A stretch of 64,000 nucleotides of DNA, taken from contig OX597817.1 of NCBI GenBank assembly GCA_951406725.2, forward strand, positions 129,580,001 to 129,644,000, read 5' to 3'. A program made the position numbers and the translations under genes. The notes below the pieces were generated by a model. The model was given only the letters and a program-made list of their open reading frames with translations. It searched no databases and was not told the origin of the DNA. The stretch's first letter is position 1; the number at the start of each line of letters is the position of its first letter. The DNA comes from Octopus vulgaris. Lineage: Eukaryota. Shown here piece after piece: positions 50,621 to 64,000 of the stretch.

Positions 50621-51324
50621 TATAGGGTGAAATATAATTAATTTAATAAAATTAACAAATTTCACCCAGTAGTATTTCGGTATGGAAAAGGACCATATTC
50701 GGTAAAAATTTATATAACTATAATAATAAGGGTTTTTTGCAACAAGTTGCTTAAACCACATACCGAAAATATTAGAAATAGCAGCCAAAGAACTACTATT
50801 TCCTTTTACTACAAAAATAAGTTTCCACAGACAACAATATTTGTAACTCACATATGGCAAAAAAAAAAAAAAAGAAGAAAAACAACGAAATCACACAGTC
50901 TTCGGATTAATTATGGACGTACGTTTCTGGATTAGAATCGTAAGGTTCATTTCCTTATCAACATAATTTTTCCCATAAATTTAGAATTGCTTGGAAAACT
51001 TACCTCTTATATTTTCGATCAAGCGACATCGAAAGATACAGAAGTCAACTAGCATATCCACATTTATATAGACAAGCGAATTCGTATCTCCCTCCAAATT
51101 CTTCTACCACGTGAGTCACAAAAATAGTATTGCCGAAAAAGAGGTTCGTAGTTTTGTCGTGGGGGAGTAAAAATAGTCAATACAGATATAAGGTGAAATA
51201 TAATTAATTTAATAAAATCAACAAATTTCACCTAGTACTATTTCGGTATGGAAAAGAACCATATTCGGTAAAAATTTATATAATTATAATAATAAGGGTT
51301 TTTTGCAACAAGTTGCTTAAACCA
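50616..51324 (-). repeat. Partial tandem (566-bp period, 143-bp terminal direct repeats), pLTR/retrozyme-like
   Basis: 50616-50758 repeats at 51182-51324 with few substitutions; (TA)n on both flanks. Confidence 0.8.
50909..50968 (-). ncRNA. Type I hammerhead fold with U3-A8 core
   Basis: AAUUAUG-UUGAUAA-GGA...UCC-A-GAAA-CGUACG-UC-CAUAAUU: perfect 7-bp stem I, palindromic ACGUACGU stem III and GUC site; one extra A before G12. Confidence 0.55.
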
Positions 51325-52348
51325 AGTTGCTTATTATATATATATATATATCGTGTTGTGTCTTGGGTGGGTCATTACGCTAATAATAATAATACTCACA
51401 CTAGTTCAATGCCACTTCGTTATTGTTAATCAATTGGTTAAACATCTGGTCAGCTAACTAATCGATTGTTTGTTTGTAATGCTGGATAAACAACCAATCA
51501 GTTGTTTTTTCGTCATCATTTCCGACCTTTTTAGTGACTTAGAGACTTCTCCTCTCTCTCCTGAGTTTGCTGTGAGTTTGTCTGATAATTGACCTTATGC
51601 CTGTGTTCTTGCATACTCGCTTGTGTATTTGCTTAAAAGAGGATGTAAAGCTGAAAGTAAACGAAAAGTCTGTGTGTAGATAGAGGGGGCGGGCATGCAC
51701 TCGTGTGTGTGTGGTTGTGTGTGTACACCCGTTTGACTGCTTGTATGTGTGAGTGTGTATATGTGTGCGTTTGTGTGTTGGTGTTGTGTGTGTGTGCATG
51801 CATGTGTGTTGATAAACCAACCGACATCTCTTTAAGGGTTTAGCCTTTTATTCAAAGCAAGTTCGGTCTCAGATGTACTGGGATTCGCTTGTCATCCTGT
51901 AAAGATTTATGGGTGTAGAGTGTAGATCTTTAGATGGGTATCTGCACGCGCACATGTCCATGGGTGTGAGTATGTGTGTGCGCGCACGACTGTGTAGTCT
52001 AGAGTGTGTGTTCGTGTGTTTGAGTCAGTTTTGTGAGTGTGTATGTTTGTATGTGTGTGTGTGAATGTGCGAGTGTTTGCTTCCGTAAGAGTATTCCAGC
52101 GTATGTGTGTATGTGTATCTCTGTGTATGCTTGCGTATGTACGTTCTTGTATATGTGCGTTCTTGTATGTGTGTATATGTTCTTGTGTACATGTGAGTGT
52201 GTTCCTGTGTACGTGTGAGTGTGTGTGTGCGCGTGTGCACATGCATATGCGTGGTGTGAGAGTTTACGTGGTTGTGTGTTCTTGTGAATATGTATGGATG
52301 TGTATAAAACTGTTCATATTTACACATATTTATTTGTATAGGTTATAT

Positions 52349-52910
52349 TAGTGGTTCTCAAAGTGGGTCCTGGGGCCCACTAGTGGGCCCCCTAATTTTT
52401 GAGGTGTGTTATAAGGTCGCGCTTATAAGGAGCCAAATCTATAGGTTCGGTAGAAGGTTTCTGACATAAATTTATGTATTCATTTTGGTATAAGTTGCGA
52501 TGTAAGGGGTTCGGTAATTGGTCGGTGCATTGGATAAAGGTTGGGTTAGTGGTCGGTGGGCGTGATTAGCGTTCGGTACCTCTAAAAAGGTTATAATCAC
52601 TTACAAGAACCACTAAATAAGAGTCTAGGTAAATTAGTATAAATGGGTATGTTGGACGAAAGAGGGGTTAAATTTGTTTCAAACCCGGGCCGCATGCTTG
52701 CTGTTGCAATAATTCGAAATTTCTATAAAAGAGACAAAATTTAACTCTTTAGGGACAGAAGGATTTATTCAGTATGCCGGATTTGTACGTCTTTCTCTAC
52801 ATTAATCTTTTCAAGGCAACATAAAATTAGCTACTTATATTAAATCAATAGTGCTAATTAGGGGGGGTAAGAAAAGTGGGTCCCCGACACAAAAAGTTTG
52901 AGAACAGCTG
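52349..52910. mobile_element. Non-autonomous hAT element
   Basis: TIRs TAGTGGTTCTCAAA and TTTGAGAACAGCTG; perfect 8-bp TSD GGTTATAT at 52341-52348 and 52911-52918. Confidence 0.85.
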
Positions 52911-54267
52911 GGTTATATGCATTCTGCATATAACCCACTTGGTAACATTGGTGTTGAAGATCTACAACCTCTTACGTAAATTTTCTATTCAATTTTGATA
53001 ATGTCTCATTTATGAGAACAGACTCGTGTATTTGTCTTATCTATGGACCTCTTTGATTGTTATTATATTCTGGTAGACTCCCATAGCGATTGAATGTTTA
53101 AAAACTAGTTTTATAGATACTTCTTTCAAAATTCCGATTTTGTTTTTCTCTTATTAACTTGTGTAGGTTGAACGATTTAAAATGTTATAGAAAGGAACCT
53201 AACTATTTCTCGAAATATATGCCAATACATACATCTGAAACGAAGGATAGATTGTGATGATAAAGTCAGCTTCTATTTAAGATTATATTTTAAATAAAAT
53301 GTTAAACAAGTATTCGTAATAGACATAAATTCACTTTAGATAAATGTGGATATTCTATACCGTAGATAGCATATAACATCTATTTTCAGTTTTGAGGAGT
53401 TAAAACATTTTTTGACAGCATTCAGTGACTGTTCATAATGCATCCAGTCCCATTGCTTTTTTTTTTCGTCGTATTTTATTCTTCATGTCTTGAAGTAGTG
53501 TTTGGGTCCAAAATACATCTATGTATATATGTGAAAGTCATGACAGATCTAAGAAAAAGTTCATGATTTTTACATAAACTATATATTTAGTAGCCAACTG
53601 GGAAAACATTCACAATGCAATATCAATTCCCAGTGCGATTTAACAGTAATAAAGCATAAAACCTAAAAAGTACAACTTGAAATAATCATACTGGATCAGG
53701 GCAGTCCACGTTTCAAAGACCAACAACAAAAGTAGTCCTATATGTGCTATACCTGAAACAAAAATATGCAGATTAATGATGGCTAGAATGGCTTTCAGCA
53801 AATGTAGGGCTACTGAACTGGGAGAGAGCAAAGGTTAACATACAGCAGCATAAAAATGAAATTTAAAAAACAAACTACAGCAAATGTTGATGATTTGAAA
53901 ATATGATGAAAGTCAAGAGAAAGAAAGATTAAAATATTCCATCTTACTTACTAGAAAGTCTCATTGTTGTTGTTTAACGGTAGATTATCGAGGATCAACT
54001 GTTGAGAAGTGTCCTACGTATCTCTTATTTATATATGCAGGAATATATTCTTACTGCTATACATACATGTGTGCATGTGTGTCTGAGTATGTATGTATGT
54101 ATGTATGTATGTATGTATGTATGTATGTATGTATGTATGTATGTATGTATGTATGTATGTGTGAATGCATGCAAGTATATATGTGTGTATATGAATATAT
54201 AAACTACATACTAACACGCACTCGTATGTATGTATTTATATATGTATGTGTCGTGTGTGCAGATAAT

Positions 54268-54320
<53 letters not shown>

Positions 54321-54690
54321 CAAGTCACATACAAACACACACGCGCGCGCGCTAAAACACACTTATAAGCACTGTTCATATTTTATCAACATCCCGCGAT
54401 TGTGTTTTGTAGTAATCATTTTCTGCAGTTTTATCAAACATACTTTCTTTCCCACGAATCCCGGAAAACAAACACAATTTTATCAATCGGAACCCACAAA
54501 ATATTGATAATTATATAAACACCAAAAAGGTGGGTTGTGTTACATTTGGTACACCTGAACGAGGAGTTAGTTGGAGGCGTTGTGTGGGTCACTTCATCTG
54601 CTTCGTTTTGGTTTCTTGCTATTTCGCCTCTTTTTCGCCAAAGTTTTTGAAATATTTTCCAAGTAAAGTGCTAACACACACACACACACA

Positions 54691-54724
<34 letters not shown>

Positions 54725-55640
54725 TACCACACACACACACACACATACACACACACCACACACACACACACACACGAATATACATACATGCATACATGTC
54801 TCTTTGTGAGTGAGTGTGTATGAGTGTGTGTGTGTATTAGCTATTTACGATGGAAGCAACATTTATAATGAATATTAATTAGTATATCCAACTTGGTTTG
54901 GATACGTTCTTTTGAACGCTGTAGACTGCGGTTGTTGTTCTGAGATATCGTCTAGTTCAGGCGTTTAGTGTTGTAAAAAGCAGAGTTTACGTCTGCAGGC
55001 AAAATTTCGTCAGTACCAACGCATGTTATATGACGCGATTTCATCGGAAATTGTGATTAATCAGCAACAGTATCCAAGTATCGAAAAAAAAGAATTTTGC
55101 GATATCCTTTTTAATACATTATTTACAATCGTTTCAGCAATTCACATATATCTACATTTTATCTAATCTTTCTTCGTGTCCATTAAAATGTAAGCAATTA
55201 TTGATCTAGTTCTATGGACTTTGTAAGTGATCATTTCCAGCGCCTATGGAAGCTGATTCCTCAGATCATCAAGCAAATAATATGCTGGCGAGTTTGGCAA
55301 TCTCGCCAGTAAGAATACTTGTTATATCTTAGAACTAGGCGGTTCCAAATAGTCTTATTCGATCAAAGGTAGGTCGTAAAGAGAAGAGGAAAAAAAAAGT
55401 AAGAACAATTTGACAAAATATTTATTTCTATTCAAACTTGATCACTTGATTTATCAATACAAGAATATTTCCCGCTTAGTGGGATAATTGCAAATTAGTG
55501 GGATCTTTGCAAATTGTTCCTGCTTCTTCTTCAGCTCTTCTTTTCACTTTTTTCACATGACTGAACAAAATTATTGAACACCATTCACATCTAAAAAATG
55601 ACAAGTCTATTTATTGATGAGATGGCTAAATTGGTCAGCA

Positions 55641-55724
<84 letters not shown>

Positions 55725-55764
55725 CGTCGTTATTGTTGTTGTTGTTGTTGTTCTTCTTCTTCTT

Positions 55765-57867
<2,103 letters not shown>

Positions 57868-57937
57868 TGTTGTTATTGTTGCTGTTGCTGTTATTATTAT
57901 TATTATTATTATTATTGTTGTTGTTGTTGTTGTTTTT

Positions 57938-58492
57938 GAGTGGCAGAGCAGTGCATGCCATCAAAGTGACACTGGGATAAAATATACGAAGCCCAGTATA
58001 CCCATCATGACTACCCGTCTGATAAGGGTACACCAGGCGCATGCATCACATCCATATGTGCGCGACATGGTGATCTCATATCAAGATAAACGGTACATGA
58101 CCTAGCAGGTGGGGCCCAGTTAGAATTTTCTTCAGGTCGAGTAGCCCATTCCGCTCAAAAAGGTCCCTGAATAAGGGTTGTTGAAGGATAATGAACAAAA
58201 CACCCATGTTTCCAAAGGTGAATTATCCAAACCCCAAAGAAACCCTCTCAACACATGGCTATGATGCTCCCCCACTACTTCTGCTCGTGATCAGAGACGC
58301 ACATATCGTCAGCTACTAAAGGACATGCTCAACTGGTTATGGTCAAGCAACTGACAAGCAAATTTATGGTATTGAGCTGAATATTGGTGTAGCCCATCAT
58401 TTTTACCAAGACAAAACAATGTACATGATAACACTTCCAATCAGTTTAGATCAGAAGCCATGAGAGCCATTGCCTGGTACTGCATCAGGGCA
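57938..58492 (-). mobile_element. Non-coding interspersed element flanked by (TAA)n, copy 1
   Basis: Highly similar to 63520-63981; no ORF and no tRNA boxes; triplet repeats on both sides. Strand is inferred from the shared end and the truncated end. Confidence 0.65.
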
Positions 58493-58500
58493 TTTATTAA

Positions 58501-58576
<76 letters not shown>

Positions 58577-58681
58577 ATTATTATTATTATTATCATCATC
58601 ACCACCATCATCATCATCATCATCATTATTATTTATTATTATTATTATTATTATTTATTATTATCATTATTATCATTATTA

Positions 58682-58724
<43 letters not shown>

Positions 58725-58741
58725 CATCATCATCCACATCA

Positions 58742-58802
<61 letters not shown>

Positions 58803-58859
58803 CATCATCATCATCATTATTATTATTATTATTATTATTATCATCATCATCATTATCAT

Positions 58860-58891
<32 letters not shown>

Positions 58892-58900
58892 TTATTATTA

Positions 58901-61900
58901 TTTTTCTTCTTTCAAATTTGCTTCCATTTCTTGCCGAGTGTCTTCCCGACTCCTAGGGCAAAGAAACTCATAGTATACAATGGTAGGCCATTAAACCAAA
59001 CTCAGTAGATCGTTCATTTTTTTTTTAAGTTAAATTAAAATACATGAGCAGCAACAGTTCTCACATCGACAATGCTCTTCTCAATACGTGTGATGTACCA
59101 GTTAAGACAATCTTTTGCACTTCTTGCAGGGATGGTAAGCCAGGGATCATTCTCATATAATTTTCGGTTCCCTTCTTGATCATTCCTAGTGCTCCTACGA
59201 TCACTGGTATTGTAACCGCCTTGAGATGCCACATTTTCTCAATTTCAATGAATAGGTCTTTATATTTTCTGAGCTTGTCAAACTCTTTCGCTGAGATATT
59301 ATGATCACAGGGGATGCTCATGTCGATCAATAAGCAAACTTTATTGTTTTGGTCTTTCACAACAATATCTGGTTTATTGGCCTTGATGGTTCGGTCTGTA
59401 TGTACTGGAAAGTCCCACAGAATGGTTACATTTTCTCCTTCAGTTACAGCCTCAGGGTGGTGATTATACCACTTGTCGGCAGTTTTGATATTGTAATGCC
59501 GACTTATTAGCCAGTAGAGATATTGGCCAACTCTGTCATGTCTTAATTTATACTCCACTGGTGCTAAGACTTTACATCCAGAGATTAGGTGGTCCACTGT
59601 TTCAATCATGTCGTTGCAGAATCGGCATTTTGGGTCTGCTCCATTTTTCATCACATTGGCCTGGTAGTTCCGGGTTAATAGGCTTTGATCTTGAGCATCC
59701 AGGACGAAACCTTCGCTCTCTGCTTTTAGCCCTGAGCTCCGTAGCCACTGATGGGTTTGCTTCTGGTCAACATCAGCTTGTTTGCTGCGGGTCACATATT
59801 TGCCGTGCAGAGGTTTCTCCTCCCACCTATCAGCCAATTGCTCGTGCGCTTTTTTCATTGCCATCATTTCCACCTTCTTTGCAACAATAGTTGCCGTACT
59901 TCCCTCGGGTTGTTCAGTTTGGGTATCCTGCACGAGGTCAATAGCAAATTTTTTGCTTTCCTTTATGATAGAATGAAGCTTCTTTCGTCTCTCGTGATTT
60001 TCCACGAGCTTTAGCATCCAGTCATTCGATATTTCGAGATATTTGGCCAGTCTAATTGTGGTTGTTTTGTAAGCTAGTTCAAATTGGATCAGGCCTCGAC
60101 CTCCTTGGGCTCTGGGAAGGTAAAGGCGATCTACGTCTGCCTTTGGGTGGTGCATCCTATTACAACTCAGCAGCTTGCGTATTTTTCTATCTATATTCTT
60201 TACTTCACTCATATTCCAGTTCAACACATTGTAGCTATAAGTAACAACTGGAACTGCTAAGGAATTTATAGCTAACACCTTGTTACGTGCATTTAGTTCA
60301 GATTTCAGGACTGCACGAACTCTCCTATAACATTCCTTCCTGATTTTCTCTTTCATGCTTGCATGCTGAATACCAGAGCCTTCATTTATCCCTAAATATT
60401 TGTATGTTTGTTCTTGCTCAAGCTCTCTTATGACTGTGTCAACATCTAACACGACTGAATTTGTGGTCTTCACTTTCCCTTTCTGGAAAGTGGCCTTGGC
60501 ACACTTCTCAAGTCCAAACTCCATCCCGATGTCATCGCTGAATGCTTTCACGGTGCGCAATAGGCCTTCAAGTTCATTATTGTCTTTACCATAAAGTTTT
60601 AAGTCATCCATATAAAATAGGTGGCTTATTTTTTTATTGGCAATTTTATACCCATACCCTGTTCTGTTTAATTCACTTGTAAGGGGTATTAGGGCTATGC
60701 AGAATATTAAAGGTGAAAGTGAGTCACCTTGAAAAATTCCACAGTTGATGTTTATATTTTCTGAGGCAAGTACTCCATTAGAGTGGTATAATTGGAGATT
60801 CGTATTCCACAACGACATATTGTGCTTCAGGAAGTTTGAAATCACAGGGGAAATTTTGAAGATGTCCAGCGATCCGGTATACTGTCGAAGGCCTTTTTAT
60901 AGTCAATCCATGCGGTGCTGAGATTTCTGCGCTTGTTGTGACAGTTCTCAAGGATCATACGATTGATTAGCAGTTGATCTTTGCATCCGTAAGAGCCTCG
61001 GCGGTACCCTTTTTGTTCAATGGGGAAAATATCGTTCTTCTCCATGAATGCATATGTTTTCTCCGCCAGGATAGATGTTAGGATTTTATACGTGGTGGAT
61101 AGACAGGTTATAGGCCGATAGTTTTTTGGAAGGTTGGTTTCGTTATTCTTTGGGAGTAGGTAAGTAATGCCACTTGCTAACCATTCAGGTGTTTTCTTTG
61201 GGTCTCTCATAATTCCATTGAGCAGCTGAACTAGCTTACCGTGTGCGCATGGGAGCGATGCGAGCCAGAAATTCGGCACCCTATCTTTACCGGGGGATTT
61301 CCAATTATGGGCCTTCGTGAGTGCCTTTCTTAGGTCTGCTATTGTGATGTCTTCCCATGCTTGTTGTTGTAAATTTTGGTAGGATCCTTCAGTTTGTATT
61401 ATCCAGTCTGCATTTATGTTGTACGTCTTCTTGTCACTCCAAATCCTTTTCCAAAAGTTTTGAACTTCTTCCATGGGAGGGGGGTCTTTAACGGTTACTT
61501 TCTCCTTCCCTATTTCTCTGTAGAATTTTTTGGCATTGGATGTGAACAGCTTATTTTGCTTGTAAAACTTGTTTCTCTTCTCAAATCTTCGTATTCTTTG
61601 GGCTTTTGCTTGGACTTTTTGTTTCAGCGTTTCTTTTATGGATATCAGTTCTTCTCTTGGTGAGGATCCAAATTTTCTCTTCATCTTTCTTCCTGTTCTG
61701 GATCTTACATCATTTCCACATATTAGTTCATTTAATATTGATATTTCCCCTCTCATAAATTCAATCTCTTTTTCAATTTTACTTCTCCAGGTTTGATTTC
61801 TTCCCAGTTTTTTTTTCTTTGTTTTTTCGGGGGCATACAGCTGGTTTCAATTGCCCTAGCAGAAGCGTAAATGATTTCATTTAACTCAGTAAAATCAGGT

Positions 61901-62841
61901 TTTAATTCTCGTATTATTTCATTTGTTACATAGTTGCCAATTTGGATTTGTTTTTTATTTTGGTTTGTATTTGAGAGTTTATGAAGTGGTTCTCTATCAT
62001 TCATACTTATATGTTTTACAACTTCAAGCGTATTCAGGATTTTCTGCCTCATTTCTGCCATAGACTCTCTGTGTTCTTCAGCAAATGCGAGATCTTCAGT
62101 TACTGTTGTTTTTTCGTTTTCCTGGCTATCTTTAACAGGTACAATAGAATTTCTTGTATCTTCAGGCCTTTGCGTACTTTGATCAGATGGCAGTCTTTCA
62201 ATTAAGCCTCGTGGCGGGCTATACTGTTCATCTGATTCTTCATTTCCATTGTGTCTTATATTTATGTCATTTTCCGTTGCGTGCTTGATCGCGCTTATTT
62301 CACTGTCTGTGAGTCTGTTATTTCTAAGGATATCCCTCCTCACATTTGCTAATTTGTTCTCGTCCAAATAGGGCCTACTGTCTTGGTTCCGTGTTCTCCA
62401 TATACTGTAAGAGTTTGCGGTGTGTCTCTCTTGAGATGGCCTACCTAATGCATAGTAATAAGCGTATATTACTTCTTTATACTCTTCTTGGGTCCATTTG
62501 TTCCGCTTACATTTTTCTTTCTGTGGTGGTTGTGGTGGTGAACTTGGAGGGCTCGAGTTGGGGGATTTCCCGTTCAAGTGACCATCCATGTCCGTATTCG
62601 GAGAAGAGTTTGTGCCAGTTGATGACTTTTCGATCCCAGGCTGGCTCTTCCCTGGGGGACGCGCTTCCAGATTAACCATAGGACAAGCGATTTGGTATAC
62701 TGATTTAGTTTTCCTTTTAGTTTCCAAAAAATTTTGGTGCTACGATAATGTTATCATTTTTTAGCTTTGATTGGCTCGTGGGGAGACGGCCATCATTGCC
62801 GTTACAATTATAATCGTACCATTATAGCAGCCGTAGTCGGC
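58901..62841 (-). mobile_element. Near full-length R4/Dong non-LTR retrotransposon
   Basis: One ORF split by two frameshifts (62727-61753, 61756-60842, 60845-59061). It carries RT motifs NYRPITCL, WIDYKKAFDS, GIFQGDSLSP, YMDDLK and YKYLG, a CCHC knuckle CRFC...HLISGC, and a REL endonuclease KPDIVV...D...K..KY. (TAA)n-rich flanks on both sides. Confidence 0.93.
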
Positions 62842-63003
62842 TTATTATTGTTATTATCATCACCATTACCATCACTATCATCATTATCACCACCATTACC
62901 ATCATCATTATCATCATCACCATCACCATTACCACCATCATCATCAATGATATTGTTTTATGTGTAGTTACAGCAGTATCTTATTATTGTTATTTTTGTT
63001 TTT

Positions 63004-63319
63004 TTATCATTATCACCATCACAGTAGTGTCTGTCTGTCTCGTTGGCTGGCTGGGTGGTTGGCTGGCTGACTCTCTTCAACACCAAAGTTCTTGCCTGTC
63101 AAATAATACTTTCCTTGTGTTGGTTGAACTCTTTGAGTGTGTGTGTGTGTGTATGTATCTATCTATCTACACACACACACACACACTCAAAGAGTTCAAC
63201 CAACACAAAGAAAGTATTATTTGACAGGCAAGAACTCTGGTGTTGAAGACAGTCAGCCAGCCAACCACCAAGCCAGCCAACGAGACAGACAGACACTACT
63301 GTGATGGTGATAATGATAA
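63004..63319. repeat. About 150-bp near-perfect inverted repeat with 14-nt loop
   Basis: 63004-63153 versus 63168-63319: four substitutions and one CA-unit difference by manual comparison. Confidence 0.92.
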
Positions 63320-63337
63320 TTATTATCATTATTATTA

Positions 63338-63371
<34 letters not shown>

Positions 63372-63385
63372 CATTATTATCATCA

Positions 63386-63461
<76 letters not shown>

Positions 63462-63478
63462 CATCATCATCATCATCA

Positions 63479-63519
<41 letters not shown>

Positions 63520-63981
63520 GAGTGAGGGAGCAGTTCATGCCATCAAAGTGACACTGGGGTAAAATATACGAAGCCCAATATACCCATCATGACTACCCGT
63601 CTTATAAGGGTACACCAGGCACATGCATCACAACCATATGTGCGCGACATGGTGATCTCATATCAAGATAAACAGCACATGACCTTGCAGGTGGGGCCCA
63701 GTTAGAATTTTCTTAAGGTTGAGTAGCCCATCCCACTCAAAAGGTCCCTGAATAAGGGTTGTTTAAGGATGTTGGAAGAACCACCCATGTTTCCAGAGGT
63801 GAATTATTCAAACCCCAACGAATCCCTCTCAACACATGCCTATGATGCTCCCCACTACTTCTGCTCGTGATCAGAGATGCACATATCGTCAGCCACTAAG
63901 GGACATGCTCAACTGGTTAAGGTCAAACAACTGACAAGCAAATCTGTGGTATTGAGCAGAATATTTGCTGTAGCCCATCTT
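63520..63981 (-). mobile_element. Non-coding interspersed element flanked by (TAA)n, copy 2 (shorter at one end)
   Basis: Same GAGTG...GCAGT.CATGCCATCAAAGTGACACTGGG end as 57938; the other end is about 95 bp shorter. Confidence 0.65.
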
Positions 63982-64000
63982 ATTATTATTATTATTATTA

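Noticed and set aside
53663-53752. Hydrophobic exon-like segment GIAHIGLLLLLVFETWTALIQYDYFKLYFL as an upstream TMTC2 transmembrane exon
   Set aside because: Good acceptor but poor donor (GTTTTA), and it lacks the conserved RN.DW..EE.LY.SG motif.
62730-62841. HDV-like ribozyme at the Dong 5' end
   Set aside because: A possible P3/L3 (CGT-CTCCCC-ACG) and GCTAA are present, but I could not build P1.1 or P2.

Overview
Eukaryotic, AT-rich, microsatellite-laden genomic DNA. The SINE, RTE-tail and Dong repeat complement looks like Octopus (recognised by eye, not database-verified). The only host gene I can support is the 3' (TPR-encoding) part of a TMTC2 orthologue, a protein O-mannosyltransferase, on the minus strand. 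Six GT-AG exons lie between 39037 and about 15480. One expected TPR exon, the conserved C-terminus and all upstream exons are not visible. The rest is a transposon landscape: a near full-length R4/Dong non-LTR element with truncated and deleted relatives packed into (TAA)n tracts, a decayed piggyBac, maT/mariner relics, two non-autonomous Helitrons, hAT MITEs, a solo LTR, several SINE families and Penelope relics. The most unusual observations are: (1) four hammerhead-ribozyme folds between 41.4 and 51.0 kb, one inside a tRNA-headed SINE and two with a compensatory U3-A8 core; (2) a 1.4-kb A4T4-palindrome minisatellite with a 37-bp higher-order unit, sitting where CpG depletion and the TMTC2 exon chain both stop; (3) several long fold-back inverted repeats that would form dsRNA. 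All ribozyme and family assignments come from manual motif reading and need computational or experimental confirmation.
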